IMG/VR virus record: IMGVR_UViG_2874945390_000004
Source: a virus
Lineage: Duplodnaviria; Heunggongvirae; Uroviricota; Caudoviricetes
Strand: one strand, 5' to 3'
Length of the DNA: 33,121 nt
Position 1 is the stretch's first letter. Every line of letters starts with the position of its first letter. Positions 27,091 through 33,121 of the stretch are shown here, piece by piece. Both the position numbers and the translations under genes were made by a program. The notes beneath the pieces were generated by a model. The model was not told the DNA's origin, made no database searches, and saw only the letters and a list, made by a program, of their open reading frames with translations.

Positions 27091-29530
27091 CAATGTAAAA
27101 TTACAGGTATTGCTCAGGGCTGTTGACCAGGCGTCCCGCCCGTTTAAATCCATCCGCACAGCGAGTAAGTTGCTGTCGGGGGATATCCGGGAAACACAAA
27201 AATCACTGCGCGAGCTGAACGGTCACGCATCCCGTATTGAGGGATTCCGCAAGACCAGTGCACAGCTCGCCGTGACTGGTCATGCACTTGAAAAGGCACG
27301 GCAGGAGGCCGAAGCCCTTGCCACACAGTTTAAAAACACCGAACGCCCGACCCGTGCTCAGGCGAAAGTGCTGGAATCCGCAAAGCGTGCGGCGGAGGAC
27401 TTACAGGCGAAATATAACCGCCTGACAGATTCCGTTAAACGCCAGCAGCGGGAACTGGCCGCTGTGGGAATTAATACCCGCAATCTTGCACATGATGAGC
27501 AGGGACTGAAAAACCGTATCAGTGAAACCACCGCCCAGCTTAACCGGCAGCGTGACGCGCTGGCGCGTGTCAGTGCGCAACAGGCAAAACTTAACGCAGT
27601 CAAACAGCGTTATCAGGCCGGAAAGGAACTGGCCGGAAATATGGCCTCAGTGGGCGCTGCCGGTGTGGGGATTGCTGCTGCGGGAACGATAGCCGGAGTT
27701 AAGCTGCTGATGCCAGGTTATGAGTTTGCGCAGAAAAACTCAGAATTGCAGGCTGTGCTCGGTGTGGCAAAAGACTCCGCCGAAATGGCTGCACTCCGCA
27801 AGCAGGCGCGCCAGCTCGGTGACAACACCGCCGCCTCAGCGGATGATGCGGCCGGTGCACAGATTATCATTGCGAAAGCGGGTGGGGATGTTGATGCCAT
27901 TCAGGCGGCAACGCCGGTCACGCTGAATATGGCGCTGGCGAACCGCCGCACAATGGAAGAAAACGCCGCCCTGCTGATGGGGATGAAATCCGCCTTTCAG
28001 CTTTCAAACGATAAGGTCGCTCATATCGGGGATGTTCTCTCCATGACGATGAACAAAACCGCCGCTGATTTTGACGGCATGAGCGATGCGCTGACCTATG
28101 CCGCACCAGTGGCAAAAAATGCCGGTGTCAGCATTGAAGAAACCGCCGCAATGGTCGGGGCGCTGCATGATGCAAAAATCACAGGCTCAATGGCGGGGAC
28201 GGGAAGCCGTGCCGTGTTAAGTCGCCTGCAGGCACCGACTGGAAAAGCATGGGATGCACTCAAAGAGCTTGGCGTGAAAACCTCAGACAGTAAGGGAAAC
28301 ACCCGACCAGTATTTACCATTCTGAAAGAAATGCAGGCCAGCTTTGAGAAAAACCGGCTCGGTACTGCCCAGCAGGCCGAATACATGAAAACCATTTTCG
28401 GGGAGGAGGCCAGCTCAGCCGCCGCTGTGCTGATGACTGCCGCGTCAACCGGAAAGCTGGACAAACTGACCGCTGCGTTTAAAGCCTCAGACGGGAAGAC
28501 CGCAGAGCTGGTAAATATCATGCAGGACAACCTCGGCGGTGACTTTAAGGAGTTTCAGTCCGCTTATGAGGCGGTGGGGACAGACCTGTTTGACCAGCAG
28601 GAAGGCGCGCTACGTAAGCTCACGCAGACGGCCACAAAGTATGTGTTAAAACTCGACGGCTGGGTACAGAAAAACAAATCACTGGCGTCAACCATTGGCC
28701 TCATTGCCGGTGGCGCGCTGGCGCTGACTGGCATCATCGGTGCAATTGGTCTTGTAGCCTGGCCGGTTATCACCGGCATCAATGCCATCATCGCGGCAGC
28801 AGGCGCAATGGGGGCAATCTTCACGACGGTTGGTAGTGCCGTTATGACGGCCATCGGGGCGATTAGCTGGCCGGTTGTGGCTGTGGTGGCCGCCATTGTC
28901 GCCGGGGCGTTGCTTATCCGTAAATACTGGGAGCCTGTCAGCGCATTCTTTGGCGGTGTGGTTGAAGGGCTGAAAGCGGCATTTGCGCCGGTGGGGGAGC
29001 TGTTCACGCCACTGAAACCGGTGTTTGACTGGCTGGGCGAAAAGTTACAGGCTGCGTGGCAGTGGTTTAAAAACCTGATTGCCCCGGTCAAAGCCACCCA
29101 GGACACCCTGAACCGTTGCCGTGACACGGGCGTCATGTTCGGGCAGGCACTGGCTGACGCGCTGATGCTGCCGCTTAATGCGTTCAACAAATTGCGCAGC
29201 GGCATTGACTGGGTACTGGAAAAGCTCGGGGTCATCAACAAAGAGTCAGACACACTTGACCAGACCGCCGCCAGAACTCATGCCGCCACGTATGGCACCG
29301 GTGGTTATATTCCGGCGACCAGCTCTTATGCAGGCTATCAGGCTTATCAGCCGGTCACGGCACCGGCTGGCCGCTCTTATGTGGACCAGAGTAAAAACGA
29401 ATATCACATCAGCCTGACGGGTGGTACTGCGCCGGGGACACAGCTTGACCGCCAGTTACAGGATGCGCTCGAAAAATACGAGCGGGATAAACGTGCGCGT
29501 GCCCGTGCCAGCATGATGCATGACGGTTAA
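27083..29530 (+). CDS. T: Tail tape measure protein T (815 aa)
   Basis: 815-aa ORF with coiled-coil-rich N-terminal half and glycine/alanine-rich hydrophobic segments; size equals P2 gpT. Confidence 0.9.
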   Translation: MSNNVKLQVLLRAVDQASRPFKSIRTASKLLSGDIRETQKSLRELNGHASRIEGFRKTSAQLAVTGHALEKARQEAEALATQFKNTERPTRAQAKVLESAKRAAEDLQAKYNRLTDSVKRQQRELAAVGINTRNLAHDEQGLKNRISETTAQLNRQRDALARVSAQQAKLNAVKQRYQAGKELAGNMASVGAAGVGIAAAGTIAGVKLLMPGYEFAQKNSELQAVLGVAKDSAEMAALRKQARQLGDNTAASADDAAGAQIIIAKAGGDVDAIQAATPVTLNMALANRRTMEENAALLMGMKSAFQLSNDKVAHIGDVLSMTMNKTAADFDGMSDALTYAAPVAKNAGVSIEETAAMVGALHDAKITGSMAGTGSRAVLSRLQAPTGKAWDALKELGVKTSDSKGNTRPVFTILKEMQASFEKNRLGTAQQAEYMKTIFGEEASSAAAVLMTAASTGKLDKLTAAFKASDGKTAELVNIMQDNLGGDFKEFQSAYEAVGTDLFDQQEGALRKLTQTATKYVLKLDGWVQKNKSLASTIGLIAGGALALTGIIGAIGLVAWPVITGINAIIAAAGAMGAIFTTVGSAVMTAIGAISWPVVAVVAAIVAGALLIRKYWEPVSAFFGGVVEGLKAAFAPVGELFTPLKPVFDWLGEKLQAAWQWFKNLIAPVKATQDTLNRCRDTGVMFGQALADALMLPLNAFNKLRSGIDWVLEKLGVINKESDTLDQTAARTHAATYGTGGYIPATSSYAGYQAYQPVTAPAGRSYVDQSKNEYHISLTGGTAPGTQLDRQLQDALEKYERDKRARARASMMHDG

Positions 29531-29544
29531 GGAGGTGACGAAAA

Positions 29545-30024
29545 ATGATGCTCGCGTTAGGTATGTTTGTTTTTATGCGCCAGACGCTGCCACACCAGAC
29601 CATGCAGCGTGAATCAGATTATCGCTGGCCGTCAAATTCCCGTATCGGTAAACGGGATGCCTTTCAGTTTCTCGGTGTGGGTGAGGAAAACATGACGCTT
29701 GCCGGCGTGCTTTATCCCGAACTGACCGGCGGGAATCTGACGATGACCACGCTCAGGCTGATGGCAGAGGAAGGCCGGGCGTGGCCGTTGCTGGATGGCA
29801 CCGGCATGATTTACGGCATGTATGTCATCAGCAGGGTGAGTGAAACAGGGAGTATTTTCTTTGCAGACGGCACACCCCGGAAAATTGATTTTACGCTGTC
29901 GCTCACCCGCGTGGATGAATCACTGGCCGCGCTTTATGGCGATATCGGTAAACAGGCGGAATCGCTCATCGGTAAGGCTGGCAGTGTGGCGACCAGATTC
30001 ACGGGTATGACGGGGGCGGGATAA
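29545..30024 (+). CDS. U: Tail protein U (159 aa)
   Basis: MMLALGMFVFMRQTLPHQTMQRESDYRW; 159 aa as in P2 gpU. Confidence 0.9.
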   Translation: MMLALGMFVFMRQTLPHQTMQRESDYRWPSNSRIGKRDAFQFLGVGEENMTLAGVLYPELTGGNLTMTTLRLMAEEGRAWPLLDGTGMIYGMYVISRVSETGSIFFADGTPRKIDFTLSLTRVDESLAALYGDIGKQAESLIGKAGSVATRFTGMTGAG

Positions 30025-31187
30025 TGCTGGATGCGCTGACATTTGATGCAGGCAGTACGCTGACGCCGGATTACATGCTGATGCTCGACAGCAGGGATAT
30101 TACCGGCAATATCAGCGACCGTCTGATGAGCATGACCCTGACGGATAACCGGGGCTTTGAGGCTGACCAGCTTGATATTGAACTGAACGATGCCGACGGG
30201 CAGGTCGAACTGCCGGTTCGTGGTGCTGTTCTGACGGTGTATATCGGCTGGAAAGGTTTTGCCCTGGTATGCAAAGGGAAATTTACCGTTGATGAGGTTG
30301 AACACCGGGGCGCACCGGATGTGGTCACCATCCGCGCCCGGAGTGCAGATTTTCGCGGGACGCTCAATTCCCGCCGTGAAGGCTCATGGCATGACACCAC
30401 GCTCGGTGCGATTGTTGAGGCGATAGCCTCCCGTAACAAGCTGGAAGCCAGTGTCGCGCCGTCACTGGCCGGAATTAAAATCCCGCACATCGACCAGTCG
30501 CAGGAGTCTGATGCGAAATTCCTGACCCGTCTTGCTGAACGCAACGGCGGTGAGGTGTCGGTAAAAATGGGAAAACTGTTGTTTCTCAAAGCGGGGCAGG
30601 GGGTGACGGCCAGCGGTAAAAAAATCCCGCAGGTCACCATAACCCGCAGCGACGGCGACCGCCATCATTTTGCGATTGCTGACCGTGGAGCCTATACCGG
30701 CGTAACGGCAAAGTGGTTACACACCAAAGACCCGAAGCCGCAAAAGCAGAAGGTAAAACTGAAACGCAAAAAGAAAGAGAAACACCTGCGCGCACTGGAG
30801 CACCCGAAAGCGAAACCAGTCACGCAGAAGAAAGCGCCAAAAGTACCGGAAGCGCGCGAAGGTGAATACATGGCTGGTGAGGCTGACAATGTTTTTGCCC
30901 TGACTACGGTATATGCCACAAAAGCGCAGGCCATGCGCGCCGCTCAGGCGAAGTGGGATAAACTGCAACGGGGCGTTGCGGAGTTCTCCATCAGCCTGGC
31001 TACCGGTCGGGCAGATATTTACACGGAAACGCCGGTCAAAGTATCAGGCTTTAAGCGCGTCATAGACGAGCAGGACTGGACAATCACTAAGGTGACACAT
31101 TTTCTGAATAATAGCGGCTTCACGACGTCCTTAGAGCTTGAGGTCATGCTTTCTGATGTGGAGTACGAAACAGAAGATGATGGGTGA
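30024..31187 (+). CDS. D: Late control / tail protein D (387 aa)
   Basis: Start overlaps the U stop (TAATG); 387 aa as in P2 gpD. Confidence 0.9.
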   Translation: MLDALTFDAGSTLTPDYMLMLDSRDITGNISDRLMSMTLTDNRGFEADQLDIELNDADGQVELPVRGAVLTVYIGWKGFALVCKGKFTVDEVEHRGAPDVVTIRARSADFRGTLNSRREGSWHDTTLGAIVEAIASRNKLEASVAPSLAGIKIPHIDQSQESDAKFLTRLAERNGGEVSVKMGKLLFLKAGQGVTASGKKIPQVTITRSDGDRHHFAIADRGAYTGVTAKWLHTKDPKPQKQKVKLKRKKKEKHLRALEHPKAKPVTQKKAPKVPEAREGEYMAGEADNVFALTTVYATKAQAMRAAQAKWDKLQRGVAEFSISLATGRADIYTETPVKVSGFKRVIDEQDWTITKVTHFLNNSGFTTSLELEVMLSDVEYETEDDG

Positions 31188-31268
31188 TGTTTTTATTTTA
31201 TCTGTTTGTTTTATAAGGATAAATTAACTAAAATGGCACCATCAACAAAACCGGAAGAGGTGCTCGCG

Positions 31269-31487
31269 ATGTTTCATTGTCCTTTATGCCAGCATGCCGC
31301 ACATGCGCGTACAAGTCGCTATATCACTGACACGACAAAAGAGCGTTATCACCAGTGCCAGAACGTGAATTGCAGCGCCACGTTCATCACTTATGAGTCG
31401 GTACAGCGATACATCGTGAAGCCGGGAGAAGTCCACGCCGTAAGGCCGCACCCGTTGCCGTCAGGGCAGCAAATTATGTGGATGTAA
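31269..31487 (+). CDS. ogr: Late-gene transcription activator Ogr (zinc finger, 72 aa)
   Basis: Start MFHCPLCQHAAHARTSRYITDTTKERYHQCQNVNCSATF with a GAGGTG ribosome-binding site; Cys4 zinc finger; 72 aa as in P2 Ogr and E. coli OgrK. Confidence 0.9.
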   Translation: MFHCPLCQHAAHARTSRYITDTTKERYHQCQNVNCSATFITYESVQRYIVKPGEVHAVRPHPLPSGQQIMWM

Positions 31488-31498
31488 TTACAAACAGG

Positions 31499-31524
31499 AA
31501 GCCCCTCAGTCGAGGGGCTTTTTT
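31499..31524 (+). terminator. Rho-independent terminator downstream of ogr
   Basis: Stem AAGCCCCTC/GAGGGGCTT with a 4-nt loop followed by a T run. Confidence 0.75.
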
Positions 31525-31588
31525 GTCGATGTGGTCAATGTGTGGACGTGACCAGAAATAAATCCTTTTATTTCATTGTATTACGCGT

Positions 31589-31615
31589 AAAAAATAAGCC
31601 CGTGTAAGGGAGATT
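31589..31615. repeat. attR core: 27-bp direct repeat identical to 489..515; also the 3' terminator end of cyaR
   Basis: Exact 27-bp identity with 489..515; contains the stem-loop and U-tail of the cyaR terminator on the minus strand. Confidence 0.8.
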
Positions 31616-31675
31616 ACACAGGCTAAGGAGGTGGTTCCTGGTACAGCTAGCATTTTATGGGTTATGTTTTTCAGC
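31589..31675 (-). ncRNA. cyaR: CyaR (RyeE) Hfq-dependent small RNA, about 87 nt
   Basis: The minus-strand sequence GCTGAAAAACATAACCCATAAAATGCTAGCTGTACCAGGAACCACCTCCTTAGCCTGTGTAATCTCCCTTACACGGGCTTATTTTTT matches CyaR as recalled, including the CCUCCUU region and intrinsic terminator. It lies between yegQ and ogr as in E. coli. Confidence 0.75.
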
Positions 31676-31707
31676 GAAACGGATGATAACCTTAATAAAT
31701 GCAGCTG

Positions 31708-31727
31708 TATGTGATCGGTTTCTAAGA
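31708..31727 (-). promoter_or_regulatory. Candidate CRP-binding site of the cyaR promoter
   Basis: A TGTGA half-site followed by a degenerate second half-site (TGTGATCGGTTTCTAA), centred about 41 bp upstream of the inferred cyaR 5' end. CyaR is known to be CRP-activated; the site match is partial. Confidence 0.3.
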
Positions 31728-31759
31728 ATTTTCCATCCGGGAAAAATAATCGAAATTAA

Positions 31760-33121
31760 TCACTTACCGTGGGGGTTACGCGTGGTTTCCCCGGAGAAAT
31801 TACGCATTAGCAGCGCGTAATTTAGCTCAAGATCCTGCGGGACCGGGAGCCACACAGTATAACCATCGCCTGGTGCGACCGGCATAGCTTCGCCTTTGGC
31901 GTTTTCCATGTGCTCAAGGGTAAAGTTAATGTTGCCTTGCGGCGTCATCAGCTCAAGACTGTCGCCAACGGAGAATTTATTTTTCACCGCTACCGCTGCG
32001 AGGTCCCCCTTGCGCTCACCGGTAAACTCACCAACAAACTGCTGGCGGTCAGAAACTGAATAACCGTATTCGTAGTTCTGATAATCGTCGTGAGTATGAC
32101 GACGCAGGAAACCTTCGGTATAGCCACGATGCGCCAGACCTTCCAGAGTTTCCAGCAGGCTGGTATCGAACGGTTTTCCCGCAGCGGCGTCATCGATAGC
32201 TTTGCGGTAAACCTGTGCGGTGCGTGCGCAATAGTAGAAAGATTTGGTACGACCTTCGATTTTCAGCGAATGCACGCCCATTTTGGTCAGGCGTTCTACA
32301 TGGGCGATGGCGCGCAGATCTTTCGAGTTCATGATGTAAGTGCCGTGCTCATCTTCAAACGCGGTCATATACTCGCCCGGACGCTGGGCCTCTTCGATCA
32401 TAAACACTTTGTCGGTTGGCGCGCCGATACCCAGCGTCGGCTCAACATTTTGCACCGGAATCGGCTCGTACTTGTGTACGATGTTGCCAACGTCATCTTC
32501 TTTCCCTTCCTGGACGTTGTACTCCCAGCGGCAGGCGTTGGTGCAGGTACCCTGGTTCGGATCGCGCTTGTTGATATAGCCAGAGAGCAGGCAGCGACCG
32601 GAGTAGGCCATGCACAGTGCGCCGTGAACGAAGATCTCGATCTCCATATCCGGCACCTGATTGCGGATCTCTTCAATCTCTTCAAGCGACAGCTCGCGAG
32701 AGAGGATCACGCGGGTCAGGCCCATTTGCTGCCAGAATTTCACCGTCGCCCAGTTTACGGCGTTAGCCTGCACCGAGAGGTGGATCGGCATTTCAGGGAA
32801 GTGCTCACGCACCAGCATAATCAGCCCTGGATCGGACATAATCAGCGCATCCGGCCCCATTTCCACCACCGGTTTCAGGTCACGGATAAAGGTTTTCAGC
32901 TTGGCGTTGTGCGGTGCAATGTTGACCACGACATAAAACTTTTTCCCCAGCGCGTGGGCTTCATTGATGCCGAGCTGAAGATTTTCGTGGTTGAATTCGT
33001 TGTTGCGCACACGTAGGGAGTAACGCGGCTGGCCCGCATAAACAGCATCTGCGCCATAAGCGAAAGCGTAACGCATATTTTTCAGCGTTCCCGCCGGGGA
33101 AAGGAGTTCCGGTTTAAACAT
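31760..33121 (-). CDS. yegQ: Peptidase U32-family protein YegQ/TrhP (453 aa), host gene
   Basis: Full 453-aa ORF MFKPELLSPAGTLKNMRYAFAYGADAVYAGQPRY... matching E. coli YegQ as recalled; the start codon is at the window end. Confidence 0.85.
   Translation of the reverse strand: MFKPELLSPAGTLKNMRYAFAYGADAVYAGQPRYSLRVRNNEFNHENLQLGINEAHALGKKFYVVVNIAPHNAKLKTFIRDLKPVVEMGPDALIMSDPGLIMLVREHFPEMPIHLSVQANAVNWATVKFWQQMGLTRVILSRELSLEEIEEIRNQVPDMEIEIFVHGALCMAYSGRCLLSGYINKRDPNQGTCTNACRWEYNVQEGKEDDVGNIVHKYEPIPVQNVEPTLGIGAPTDKVFMIEEAQRPGEYMTAFEDEHGTYIMNSKDLRAIAHVERLTKMGVHSLKIEGRTKSFYYCARTAQVYRKAIDDAAAGKPFDTSLLETLEGLAHRGYTEGFLRRHTHDDYQNYEYGYSVSDRQQFVGEFTGERKGDLAAVAVKNKFSVGDSLELMTPQGNINFTLEHMENAKGEAMPVAPGDGYTVWLPVPQDLELNYALLMRNFSGETTRNPHGK

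Larger units (their letters stand above)
489..31615. mobile_element. P2-like (Peduovirus-type) prophage, about 31.1 kb, probably defective
   Basis: Bounded by 27-bp direct repeats; contains the complete canonical integrated-P2 gene order from int to ogr, with the cos site internal between cargo island 1 and Q. Confidence 0.9.

Noticed and set aside
1-33121. Search for CRISPR arrays, tRNA or rRNA genes, IS elements and toxin-antitoxin pairs
   Set aside because: No regularly spaced short repeats, cloverleaf-like sequences, transposase ORFs with terminal inverted repeats or obvious small toxin-antitoxin pairs were seen. The only repeats are the att cores, the H tandem repeat and the C operator repeats.

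Overview
The window is an enterobacterial (E. coli-like) chromosomal segment carrying one P2-like (Peduovirus-type) prophage of about 31.1 kb (489..31615). It sits between a yegR-like lipoprotein gene (1..318) and the sRNA gene cyaR plus yegQ (31589..33121), flanked by a 27-bp direct repeat (attL 489..515, attR 31589..31615) that forms the 3' end of cyaR. Gene order is the canonical integrated P2 order: int, C, cox, B, four small ORFs, A | cargo island 1 | cos | Q, P (leftward), O N M L X Y K lysA lysB lysC R S V W J I H G | cargo island 2 (leftward) | FI, E/E', T, U, D, ogr. Protein identities rest on my recall of P2 sequences and lengths, not on a search. The two most interesting regions are the AT-rich cargo islands at the two known P2 variable loci (the tin/old position, about 6.46..9.1 kb, and the Z/fun position, about 23.9..25.4 kb); both carry uncharacterised genes I cannot assign to any family and are candidate anti-phage or exclusion modules. 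The prophage also looks damaged or imperfectly sequenced: single-base homopolymer indels break P, Y, V and the island-2 gene, and the tail sheath gene FI appears fused in frame to the 3' end of the tube gene FII by a deletion of roughly 0.9 kb. No CRISPR array, tRNA or rRNA was seen.
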